64,000 nt of DNA from Eledone cirrhosa (lineage: Eukaryota). The position numbers and the translations under genes were made by a program. Below are positions 52,223 to 64,000 of the stretch, piece after piece. The DNA lies in NCBI GenBank assembly GCA_964016885.1, contig OZ024742.1, positions 105,338,001 through 105,402,000 of the forward strand, read 5' to 3'. Position 1 is the stretch's first letter. Each line of letters starts with the position of its first letter. The notes under the pieces were generated by a model. It saw only the letters and a list, made by a program, of their open reading frames with translations, ran no database searches and was not told where the DNA came from.

Positions 52223-54982
52223 TAAATGGTATGTTTTGTCTCTGAAATTTGTAAGAATTGCAACTACTCAAGTTACTAGTGTTTAAAGCTGTCGACTGAA
52301 GAGCCAACAGTTCCTGTGATGTCACTGGCATTATATTGTGTCCATGCTCAGAACACTTCAATCTTGAATGACAGTCTAAGAAGAGGTAAACAAATAGCAT
52401 GAGATAATAGAATTTACTGTTGCAAGCAGTGAGAGCACTTTATAATCTATAATTAGTATATGAGCAAGAAATGTTAAATTCAAGTCATGCTTTCTTACCC
52501 ATAATAATAATCTGAGGAGAAAGCTAATTGCCATCTTCCACTGAAAACACCAGTTCTCATCTGATCACTAAATTCAAATTATATTTGTTTACATACCCAC
52601 TCCCATCACAACATCTACAGCCAGACTAAGGACACAATAAGTACCCTAGTGTTGAAATGAGGTAGTGCTGGGGCCATGATAACATGCACCCAGTCCATCT
52701 TGTAAAGTGGGAGTGTTGGTGTCACACAAAACTCCTCATTCTACCCTGTAAAGTGGTAGTGCTTTACCACAGTGGAAAACAACCAGTCAGTAAGGTGATA
52801 GTGCTGAAGTCATGATGAAATGTTCCTGGTACATGCTTTATAATGGTTTGCATTAGGAAGGGCATCCAGCCATAGAAACCATGCTAAAACAGAATGTAAG
52901 AGCAAGACATGATCACCTGATTGTTCTAGCCTCAGACCACGACAACCTGTCTAATCCATGCAGGTATGAAAAATAGACGTTAAATGATGTTGATGATGAT
53001 GACTTAGATGGGTGATTGCTTGAGAAACTAAGGTGTCGGAAACCTCTACTATTTTTTAGCCAACAAAGATGCTTCTATGTGCTCGCTTGACCTGCTGGTC
53101 AAATCATGCTCTAGTGTCTTAAATTAGCACATATTGGATATGTTAATCCTAAAAGATGAGATCTTCATAGCTAGAAAACCTTTCATTATAGGTCTGCAAT
53201 ATCAGGGCGGACTTGGAGTTAAATAATGATTTAGGCACCATGCCAACAATCTGTGAGGATGGGAAACTCAATTAGATCAACTGGTATTTTATTTTATCAA
53301 CTCTGGAAGGATGAAAGGTAAAGTTGACCATGACAAGATTTAAACTCAGAATATAAAGGGCCATATCTAAAGCATATTGTTCTATGTCATATTCCTCTAT
53401 GTCTCTTTCTCATTTCCTCTATCACTTTCTCTCCTCTGGAAGAAATCGGCTGTGTTCAAACCTAGAGAGGGATCGGCTTTGCTATGTTTAAAATTCCTAA
53501 GATGTGTGTCACTATGGTGCCCCATTAATCTATCAGGAGTTCTTGGTATATACATATGTACATAGATTACAGTGAATCAACAATGCTAAATTAGTATTTC
53601 AATCAAATGGGAAGAATGTCTTGATTTGTTATAGAAACTATTTCTTCAATTTTTTATAATCAACCAAATTAATTAGTCAGAATAGAAATGCAGTAAATTA
53701 ATATTCAGTCATTAGATTGTCAAATAATTGCTTTTCAGTATTTGTTCTGGCTCTCTGTAGTCTTCAGGTCAAATGTTGCTAAGACTAACATTGCTTTTCT
53801 TTTGGGGGATGTTAAATAAAGTACTTGTTAAGCCTGGTGGATTGATGGAATTGGTAGTGTTTGATGGCATGTGAACTGCATACCAATGGGGGTTGTTCAA
53901 ACTCTTAGCAGAATGTCAGTAATTTGTGATAATGATAATCACTATCATTACCACCACTATCATCATCACCACTATCATCACCACTATCAACATCATCATT
54001 ATTATCATCATTATAATCATTATCAGCAGCAGCATTATAATCAAATCATCAGCAGCATCATTATTATAACAAAAAATAAACCTAAAATATGTTAATTTGC
54101 TTACATTTCTCAGAGGCTTGGCTACCTATTTCTTCTATTTCTTCTCCAAGTAAACTGTGGCATGTGGAATAAAGTGTCTTGCCTCAAAGAAATGCTCCAA
54201 AGTTTCTCAGTGGATTTCAACTGAATATCCATGAACTGTTAATCGTATACATTATCCACTAAATTATTCTGTTCCTACATATATCACTCTAACAATTAGT
54301 TTGTTGTTGTTCAACAGTGTAAGACAGCTAGTACTGGTGCCATGAAAAATGCTCCCAGTACAGGTGGTAAAGTGATTGGTGTTAAGAAGGGCATCCAGCT
54401 GTAGAAAACCAAACCCAAAATGGATTGTATGAGCAAGATGTGGTCACCAGATGTGTCCAGCCTCATAACATTACAACCTGTTTAACCTATGCAAGCATGA
54501 AAAATGGTTGTTAAAATGCTTATCATCATCAGTTCTACTGTTTTTCTCTACTGGTATGGGTTGGACAAGACTTTTTGTGGCAGAATTCAATGACCAGAAT
54601 ATCTTTCTGATGCTGAAACTTGTTTTATTTTTTTTTCCAAGTAAATAAGGTATGAATCTTTGCATGTCTAACCACTGAGCAGCAGGATTTCTCTGTATGT
54701 AGAATGTAAACAAATATCACCAGGTACAATGTTGAATGTGAAGAGAAAAGATGGACACAACTACACACACATAACAGGCTTCTTTACAGTTTCTGTCTAC
54801 AAAAATCACTCACATAGCATTGGCCATCCTGAGACTACAGTAGAAGATACTTGCCCAAGATGTCCTGCAGTGGGATGGAATTCCAGGCCACATAGTTGTG
54901 AATAAACTTCTCAACCACACAGCCATTTCTACACCTATGATATTAATAATGATGATGACTAAAAGTCCTTTTTTTTTCACAG

Positions 54983-55161
54983 GTCCCTTGGTTTAATGAA
55001 ACCTGCTCCTATTTAAACCTTGGTGTTGACTGCCACCAGTTAACTGGCTTCAAAGCTGTCTACCGAATTTGTTTTGGTTTATCAGCCTTTCATTTCTTAC
55101 TCTTTTTGCTCACCTTCCGTGTACCTAACTCCGACAGTTTCAGAGCTCCAATTCAAAATGG
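54983..55161 (+). CDS. SERINC: SERINC exon 3, VPWFNETCSYLNLGVDCHQLTGFKAVYRICFGLSAFHFLLFLLTFRVPNSDSFRAPIQNG
   Basis: Poly-T cacAG acceptor, GTAAGC donor, 179 nt, ends in phase 2. Contains the family hallmarks AVYRICFG and RAxIQNG. Confidence 0.95.
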
Positions 55162-55332
55162 GTAAGCATCTTCTATTTCTTCACTTTTTAAAATGAGATA
55201 TTTCATAAGATAATGGATATTTTATTTATCTTTTTATATTTCATTGGATAAATAAGACAGCAAATTCTCAGAGTTGTTAGAACATTGGATAGAATGCTTT
55301 GCTGTATTCCTCCCAGGTATCAGCGCTCTCAG

Positions 55333-55554
<222 letters not shown>

Positions 55555-57352
55555 AAAAAAATCATCTGTGTTCAGGCCAGGAGAGGGGATGAGCTCTTCC
55601 AGGTTTAAAATGCCCAATGCTGCGTCAGAACAGTACCCCCAATACTCTATCAGGACTTAATTTATTGAAAACTCAGGGGTGTAATTTGAGGCATATTTGG
55701 TTGTTGTTTCTAGCAGGTCTGGTAATGACATAAAGGCCTTTTCATTGGATCAGGCTCCTAGATTTTGTAACATCTCATACCATTTATATGTGGTATGTTG
55801 GTGAGATATCATACAAATGGCTTACTTTGTTGTTAATAGGATACTGTAGGAGCCAAATAGCTGATTGGATAAGGTACTGAACTTTCAACTCAAACATCAC
55901 AGTCATCATCATTACCATTTTATATCCATTTAAGCCCATCACTTAAATGAATATAAAATGTACCTTCAAATTTTGAAAAATTAACAGTGATAACACTGAA
56001 ACTCTTCCTTAGAATTACTGTGAATCAGAGAGGCTATTCAGAACATTCTGAGCACTAAAGCCTTGTGATAGGTCTGTGTTCAGTTTACTACTGGATAGGA
56101 CATCTTTTGTTCTACCCAGTAGAAATTGTCCATTTAATCCTTTGTTCATCAGATAACATCTCTCAGAATTAAGCAGAAGATTCTTTGGGAATATTGTATG
56201 AAACAGATTAGCATTAGTATCTAAGCACCATTCCATAAAGAACCTTTAACCTTTTGATACCAACATGGCAAAAATAACTTCTGTTTCTGTGAAACAAAAC
56301 CAACCATTTTAAAGAGTTCTGTTTTAAATTGAAGTCTTTCAACATATTTTTTTTATCTCAGAAAGATAAAAGGCAAAGTTGACCTACAAGAGATTGCAAC
56401 TTGCATACGAGGCTAGACAGTTCAGGTGCTATTATGATACATTTTTGACTTGATTTTCTATGAAAGGATGCCTTTCTTAATGCCAACAGCTTTAAAGCAT
56501 GTAATGGGAGCTTACTTGGTGAACTGGGTGCTTCCTGTCGAAGGATAAGTACAACTGCCATACAGGATGGACTGGGTACTTTTTTTGTCATGGCATCAAC
56601 ATGACCACCTCAAAACTTTTCATTGAATAATTGAAATAGTGTATTTCATTAGTAATATGGTCATGAAATAATTAGTCCTTATCAGAAATGTTTACAATTG
56701 AAAGGTACTGTAATCTCACTAGGTCAAATCAGTGATACATGATCAGGGTGTTTGTTGTTTTTCTTGGATGGACTCCATATGGTACATTGTTTTAATACAC
56801 CTATATGTAAGTATAGGTACCAGATCATTAAGTAATGTTAACTGTGTTATAAAGGTATCTTATTCTGGCTGAGATTTATCTCTCATTCTCTTCATGGTAT
56901 AAAACTGATGTTAGAAATTGACCCTTAAAAGATCTTTAAAACATAAGAAGCATTCACCTTTTATTTTCTTTCTACAACTGTAGAAACCATGCCAAAAAAG
57001 GGTCAAGCAGATTCTTCAGTTGTGTCATGGGCTCGACAACCTTTCTAGTGTTGGTGTCATGATAAAAAGCACCCAGTACACTTTGTAAAGTGATAGGTGA
57101 TAAGAAGGGTATCCAGTCAGAGAAAAACTTACCAAAGGATTGAGAGAATTCTTCACTTGTGTCAAAGACACAACTTTCTAGTGCTGGTGCCATAAAACAC
57201 ACCTAGTACACTGTCAACTATGGGAACATATATAAACATGATGTACCCTTGGCTTATCTGAGGGATCAGTGATTTTGGCTAATTACTAATCTCCCCAATC
57301 TTTACTAGCAAGAAAAATGATCGTTAAATGATCATAATAATGGCTTTATGTA

Positions 57353-57554
57353 TCAGGGTCAGCTGAAAAGTTTATAGGCTGACTAAAATACTTTCATGGA
57401 ATGACCAAATGAGGTTTATTTTTCAACACAGTCTCTGGAAAGAAACAATGCAGTTGTTAATAAGAAGAGTTGAAATTAATGCATGCAAGATTTCACAGCT
57501 CTAGCATCAATCCTTCATAGTCAGCCAGCCTATAAACTTTTCTGCCAACCCTCG
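57353..57554. mobile_element. mariner-like MITE
   Basis: TA-tcagggtcagctgaaaagtttataggctg ... cagcctataaacttttctgccaaccctcg-TA. Confidence 0.75.
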
Positions 57555-57982
57555 TAGTTCAGCAATTAGATAGTCCATCACTACTCATACCGTTGTCATG
57601 AATCTGTGCTTGTGGAACATTAGACTCACTCTCCTAAATGTTTCCATTTTACTTTTGGTTTATTTAAGGGTGGCAGATTGGCAGAGTTGTTAGAACAGTG
57701 GACAAAATGTTTTAGGGCCTTTTATATTCTGAATTCAAATCCAGCTGAGGTCAACTTTGATTTTCGTCCTTCCAGGGTCAATTAAATAAAATACCAGTCA
57801 AGTACTGGGGTCGATATAATCAATTTTCCCCTCTGCTTAAATTACTGGTCTTATGCCTAAATTCAAAATTATTATCATCCAACATGTTAAAACCATACCC
57901 CTGGCAATTCCTTTTGGTCTTTCAGACATTAAAAACAAAATAAAATACAATAACTGTGCAATATTATGATTTCACTTTACAG

Positions 57983-58059
57983 GTTCTGGTTCTTCAAATT
58001 TGTGATTCTATGTTTCTTCTGTGCTGCAGCCTTTATATTGCCAAGGGAGTTTAATTTAT
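57983..58059 (+). CDS. SERINC: SERINC exon 4, (G)FWFFKFVILCFFCAAAFILPREFNL(Y)
   Basis: tttacAG acceptor, GTGAGT donor, 77 nt (1+75+1). Completes the NGFWFFK motif. Confidence 0.93.
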
Positions 58060-58079
58060 GTGAGTTGACTATAAACCCA

Positions 58080-58415
58080 TCTATATAGAGATTTGAGTGA
58101 CTTCTGTTTGTCCGTCTGTCACACAATGTGTTTGGGTGTGTGTGTTTGTGTGAATGTATGTGTGTATAAAAGGAAAGAAGGTGATGGTGAAAAAACTATA
58201 GCAAAACAGCAGCTGGCATTTCATTTGCTACGCTGTATGTGTGTGTGTGTTTGTGTGAATGTATGTTTATTTGTATGAATATATGTCTGAGTGTGTATTT
58301 TGTCTGTGTTTGCGTGTTTATATTTATTTACTCACACATATAAATGTATGCATATGCACATACACACACGCACACATATACACATACGCGTCAGTGTGTT
58401 GAAATAAAATCCTAG
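58080..58415 (+). mobile_element. Non-autonomous Helitron-like repeat
   Basis: A|TC start, subterminal hairpin and CTAG|T end. Homologous to 42790-43120. Confidence 0.65.
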
Positions 58416-58675
58416 TTTTTTAAAATCCATTTCTATATATACTTTTTACTTTTTTTTTGTTATTCTATACACCACTAAAGTATTAAATAATTTTAGGATA
58501 TACATTCCTATCACTGTTAATGACTCAGATTACTAGGTTTCAAAAGTTGTAGCCACTATGTGACATTGTTATTAGTGTGAACAGGAAATATTTGTGAATG
58601 ACATCTGAAGTGCTAGTCAGTGATGGACAGTACTTGATGTCACTCATAGATTAAAAAAAACAAATACACACACGT

Positions 58676-58714
<39 letters not shown>

Positions 58715-59983
58715 TACTCATGTGTACACATATATGTATACACAGCCCAATAGAAGCTCATCATGCTGGTTCTTAACCCATTTCCATTTACGATAAGCAA
58801 CTGATGCCAGTCGACTACAGGATGTACTTACTACTGAGTGTACTGGAGCTCTGTGAAATTAAGAACACACCATTTTGTCCAGAAACATTATAATCATTAG
58901 TCCAATATGCATCTTGACCTATCACAATATAAATACTTTATTTACAAATTACAAATATTCATGTTATCCATATTCATCATCATTATCATTTAACATCAGT
59001 TTTCCCGTCTAACAAAGGTTGGATGAGTCATCACAGACCAAATCAGAACTGAAATGGAGCTGCTGACCTCTCAAATGGGCCAGGAGCCTCCATTTAGCTT
59101 ACATATGTTCCCACACTCTACTGAAGGCTCAGATGTGTTGGAGATTTTACTGGTTACATTTTATTATGGGGCCAACACCTGGGAGCTCGTCGTGTCTTTG
59201 ACCCAGCTGAAGGGCCCTCCTGACTTTTTGTTTCGCAGGTTTTCTATGGCTGGATGCCCTTCTTATCACCAATCACTTGTACTCTGTGTATTTATTGTGT
59301 AGTCCACCAACAATATTCTTTAATATATATGTATATTTATATTTTCATATATCATAATGGTGAATCGTACATAACCTATGGGGTCACGAGGTCACTACCT
59401 AAGAGATTGACCTCAATGTAACCTATATGGGTGAAGTCAGTAGGTTAGAGGGCATTCTTTTCCAAGCTGTGTAAAATGAGAAGTTGATTTTGTTACATGA
59501 AACCAATGAAACACTTTTTAGTTTTACAGTGTTTATTGGCAAAGGACTGTTGACCTTATACTACAGTGTTTACTTGATTTGGTTTCATTATTAGTGCCTT
59601 TCTTTTTTTGTGTATTATCATCATCTTCATCATCATCGTCATCTTCATCATCATCATCATCATCATTAAAAATCATATTTCATGGATTGCTGTAGTAGGA
59701 ATCAAGCTGAATAAATTAAAAAGTTACATCATCATCACTGTCATTTATTCTCTTACCTTGATAGCAATGGTTAAATGTTACATCACAGACTGAGCCAGTA
59801 CTTAAACAGAGCTACTAACCACTTTGATGGGCAAGGGGCTTGCATCACTCTTACATATGTTTTCATACTCTATCGATTGTCCCAATGGGCCAGGGGCCTG
59901 ACATACAATCTCGCACTTTACTAAATGCTGTTTATTGTGGCACTGGCACTAGGGAAATTGTCATGTCTTTGACACAGCTATTA

Positions 59984-60039
<56 letters not shown>

Positions 60040-60208
60040 TTATATATATATATGTATGTAAAAGGTAAACAGAAATAACAGAATCAATATATATATATAT
60101 ATATATATATGCGTGTGTGTGTATGTAAAAGGTAAACAGAAATAATACAATTGGTACAGTATATGGAAGGGATATATTAGGTTAACGCTTGATATAGCAA
60201 GAAGAGGG

Positions 60209-60244
60209 TCTTAACGTTTCGGACGCTAGTCCTTCATCAGAAGA
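60209..60244 (-). ncRNA. Minimal hammerhead motif (Penelope pLTR-type)
   Basis: tctt-CTGATGA-a-ggac-tagc-gtcc-GAAA-cg-TT-aaga. Confidence 0.68.
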
Positions 60245-60704
60245 AAGAATGAAAAATAAGATAGATTGAGGGGGACGGGCGGGATGGAATTGGAAAAAAT
60301 GTCTTTAGATGAAAATAACAAGTCCATTCATGTTGACATCTCTTGCAAAACTGTTGGTGCTGGTGTTTTGTGTATGATTTATTTTTTAGAAAAGTGGATG
60401 ATGGAACGTGTCTACCTGAAATGGAAAAAAAAAACGTTTTGTAAAAAGAGCTATACTTGAGCACGTGCGTAAGCGTGTGTGTGTGTGTGTGTTATACGTC
60501 CATACGAAGCTAAGAAGAAATGTGTGTGTATAAGAGTGTGTGAGTAAAAGAGTGTGCATGTAAGTACGAAGCTATGAGCAAAAGTATGTTAATATAAGGG
60601 TGTGTATGTGTGTATACAGAGCAGTGAAGGGAAAAGTGGAGTGACCATATATAGTTGGCATGTATTAGTTGTAAATATATATATATATGGCCATGAACTG
60701 ACAT

Positions 60705-61497
60705 AAATTCTATAAAATGTACACAATGTAGATCTTGGGTACACAAGAGATGTAGTGGGATAGCAAGCAAACTAACAGGTAGGGAAAAATACGTATGCAG
60801 TAGATGTACAGGGAAATTTGACAGAAGTTGCATTGATAGACACATTTTTCAAATGTAGGTGGGTTCTATAGAAGTGGTTGATAGCTTCCGGTACCTAGGT
60901 GATCAGTTTAGCATGGGAGGAGGGTGTTTCGAAGCCATAGTATCTAGAATAAGGACGAGTTGGAAGAAGTTTAGGGAGCTGCTTCCTTTGCTGACGAAGA
61001 AGGGTTTCTCCCTGCGTACGAAAGGCTGGTCATATGATGCATGTGTGAGGTGCGCGATGCCGCATGGTAGTGAGTCATGGGCAGCAACTACAGAGGATAT
61101 GCGACGGCTGGAGAGAAATGAAGCAAGCATGCTCCATTGGATGTGCAATGTCAATGTGCGTGAACGACTGAGCATGGTTGTGTTGGGAGAGAAACTGTGT
61201 TTAAGAGGGATAAGTTGTAGTGTGTGGGAAATATGACTGCGATGGTATGGACATGTGATGTGCATGGAGGATGACCGCTGGGTAAAGAAGTGCCAAGAAA
61301 TCCCAGTTGAAGGAAGACGCAGTAGAGGAAGACCACAAAAAACCTGGGCGGAGGTGGTGAGAGCAGACCTCAGATCGCTGAAGCTCACGGTGGAGATGAC
61401 GAAGGACCATGAAAAGTGGAGAGATGTTGTGCTGAATAGGACCCGTCCCACTCTTGCAAGCAGGGAAAAGTGGATGTAAAATGATGATGATGATGAC
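60705..61497 (+). mobile_element. RTE LINE 3' fragment (second subfamily)
   Basis: CTQCRSWVHKRCSG, VDSFRYLG, RWYGHV, GRPQKTW and a (GAT)n tail. Confidence 0.9.
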
Positions 61498-61549
61498 ATA
61501 AATATATATATGTATTACACATATTCAAAATTTCCTATTTATCTTTCAG

Positions 61550-61643
61550 ACTGGATGTATGTTGGCATAGCTGGTGGGTTCTTGTTTATATTGATCCAAC
61601 TTATATTCCTGGTGGACTTTACATATGCCTGGAATATGAAATG
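61550..61643 (+). CDS. SERINC: SERINC exon 5, (Y)WMYVGIAGGFLFILIQLIFLVDFTYAWNMK(W)
   Basis: ctttcAG acceptor, GTAAGT donor, 94 nt (2+90+2). Carries the FILIQLxxLVDFxxxWN hallmark. Confidence 0.95.
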
Positions 61644-62133
61644 GTAAGTTACAGATCACTTGATTTCTTTCTTTTACTTGGAATTACTATTATCAACAGT
61701 GGATTGAAAATGTAACACTGAGTGTAACTGATGTGGATCCCATGAGCATGTAGACAATGATTTCACAGCTCTTCACCTCTTTACCCTTACATGTATTTAA
61801 AAATATGTAATATATATGAGTATGTGCATGTGTGGGCATGCATTGGTATATTTGCATATGCATACACACCAAGGCATATGTGTGTGTGTGTGGTTGGTGT
61901 GTAAAAGGGTTAAAGGAACTGAAAATGTAAATTGAAACCTTTCAGGATGGTTGTTCTGAGAGAGAATACCATTTCTTACTCTCTCTGGAAGTGAAATTAA
62001 GTCATAGTTTCTTCCAGCTGTTCAGATGACGTGTTCACTGGACTTTCTTAGTGAATATTACACATTCACTTCCTAAAGTTAAACTACTTTTTTCGTCATG
62101 TTTTTGTCTTATTTTTTTTTTACATCTTTACAG

Positions 62134-62177
62134 GTCTTATAAACCATCTGGAGAAATTAATAAATGTGGTGCTGCAG
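62134..62177 (+). CDS. SERINC: SERINC exon 6, (W)SYKPSGEINKCGAA; gene continues beyond the window
   Basis: Strong pyrimidine tract with tacAG, donor GTTGGT, 44 nt. Phase matches exon 5 and the frame is open. Confidence 0.75.
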
Positions 62178-64000
62178 GTTGGTTTCCTTATATTTCAGTT
62201 TGTTGATTATGTCATTACTATTGATTTATTGGAAACATAGTTGAATTGTTTTTGTTTAGCTCCATGTTAACCCTAATTGAGCAGACATATGATTAAAGGC
62301 ATTTCAGCTGTGATCATAACATTTTTATTTTTCCTGATATAATGTATGAAGGACAACATTATCCAATGTATTCTTCCCTGATTTTCAAAAGGATTTGAAC
62401 ACCATAGGCAGTGTATTTTATGAGATGTAAACAAAAGGGTTAAACACTGTATGTGGTTCTAAATCCTTTATGTAGTAGTACATGCTCAAAGATTTCCACA
62501 GAGGTTTGAAAACTGGGTTAGGGTGTTTATTTCAGCGTTAAATCTTCTAGATTTAATGAAATAGGTTATGCCTGATGAATTTTCTTGGTAATCCCTTATA
62601 TTTAACATCTAATACTACATCCCAAAGACTGTTCTTCCTCTTCGGAGCCAAAACATACTTTGCCTCTGCTCTGTTTGTGACCCTCTACAAAACTTAAGAC
62701 TTTCAGTTGTGTACTGCTCTGATATCTGAGATGTTGCTGATACAAACCTCCTAGACTGCTTTCAAAAGAAGGCCATCTGACTGATTGGCAAAGATTCACC
62801 CACTAACACACTACAAAATCTGACCCAAGGTCACACTGTCTTCTCATTCACTCTGCCTGTTTTATAACTATGGCAAAAACCTCTTCTCTTCTGAACTAGC
62901 TAGTTGCACATTACCTCCACATCCATCCACCCAGTACCCGTTGCTCCTCATCTTGCCACCCATACTATATTTCATTTCCCAGGCCTTGCGTTACAAAATT
63001 ATGACCAATTCTTTGTTGATTTACAAATTTCAAACTAAGCAACAATTGTTGCTTAAGTTGATGGCCCATGGGAAAAAAAAAAGAACAACAATTCTAAATC
63101 CCATCTGTTGATTGGACTAATTTAACAGTTTTGCTATGTAAACTCATTGCTCTTTGCATTGCATTTCCAGACCCTATAATGAACACGTCATAACACTTCC
63201 CAATCTCTATAGCAAGGACCCACTGCACCAGGGATAGGGAAGCCTTTGCCTACAGATGAAAGTTCACCTGCATTCAAACCAAAACCACCTGTTGACAATG
63301 TTTCTAAAATCCCATGTCATCATCATCATTTTTACATTGACTTCTCCATGCTGGCATGGGTTGATTGGGGCCTTTTGAGGCAATGTTTTACAGCTGGATG
63401 CCCTTCTTGAAACCAATCCTTCTGGTCACTTCTAAACAAAGATCACATGGCTTATGTATAGAAAAAGTGTAATCCTTAAGATCAAAGCAGTATTTTAATA
63501 GAAGTTGCATATCTATGAATTTGTAAAATTTGCAGCCACATCTACACCCTATTGTCTTAAAACAAAAGAAATCTCAGATATAATACATCAATAAAATATC
63601 ACCCTGTTCAGAGCAAGAGCATCTTTGATCATATCTCTGTTGGATATAAAATAAGCTAGAGCAAATACTGATTATCAATATCAACAACAGCTTTCATTTT
63701 CTTTTGATAACTGATATCATTGAACAAACAGTAGCAATACAACAGATCAATGTTCTACATCATTATCCTTTTATGTCTGTTTTCCATGCTTGCATAGCTG
63801 GAACATGAGGATGATGACTAGTCATGGTTATTTTGTTATTTGGCAGAGGTTTTCTGGTTGGATGCCTTTCCTATCACTGACCACTTTAAAGTGTGGACTG
63901 GGTGTATTTTATCATGCTATCAGCACAAGAGAGGCTGTCTGTCAAAGCTTAACAATCCTCTCTATCCTGTATCAGATTTGATTCAGAATAACAACACTCT

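Noticed and set aside
53871-54095. His-rich ORF
   Set aside because: Degenerate (CAT/TAT)n repeat inside intron 2 with no splice support.
60903-61499. Longest ORF in the track (198 aa, minus strand)
   Set aside because: It is the antisense shadow of the + strand RTE fragment.

Overview
AT-rich, repeat-dense eukaryotic genomic DNA. The SINE/LINE complement suggests an octopus-like mollusc, which is an inference and not a database result. One host gene is supported: the first six coding exons of a + strand SERINC (serine incorporator, SERINC5-like) gene at 32500-62177. All five junctions are GT-AG and phase-compatible, and the gene runs off the right end. The rest is mostly mobile DNA: tRNA-derived SINEs, RTE, CR1, Tx1/L1 and CRE-like LINE fragments, two non-autonomous LTR elements with tRNA-Trp primer sites, hAT, mariner and piggyBac MITEs, and Helitron-like repeats. 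The most unusual signal is a cluster of non-coding fold-back elements bounded by (TA)n at about 23-33 kb. Several carry minimal type I hammerhead ribozyme motifs, including a 433-bp tandem unit with a hammerhead in each copy plus an inverted arm, resembling a retrozyme or Penelope pLTR. Most supplied ORFs are microsatellite or repeat artefacts. Coordinates were read by eye, and repeat boundaries are approximate.
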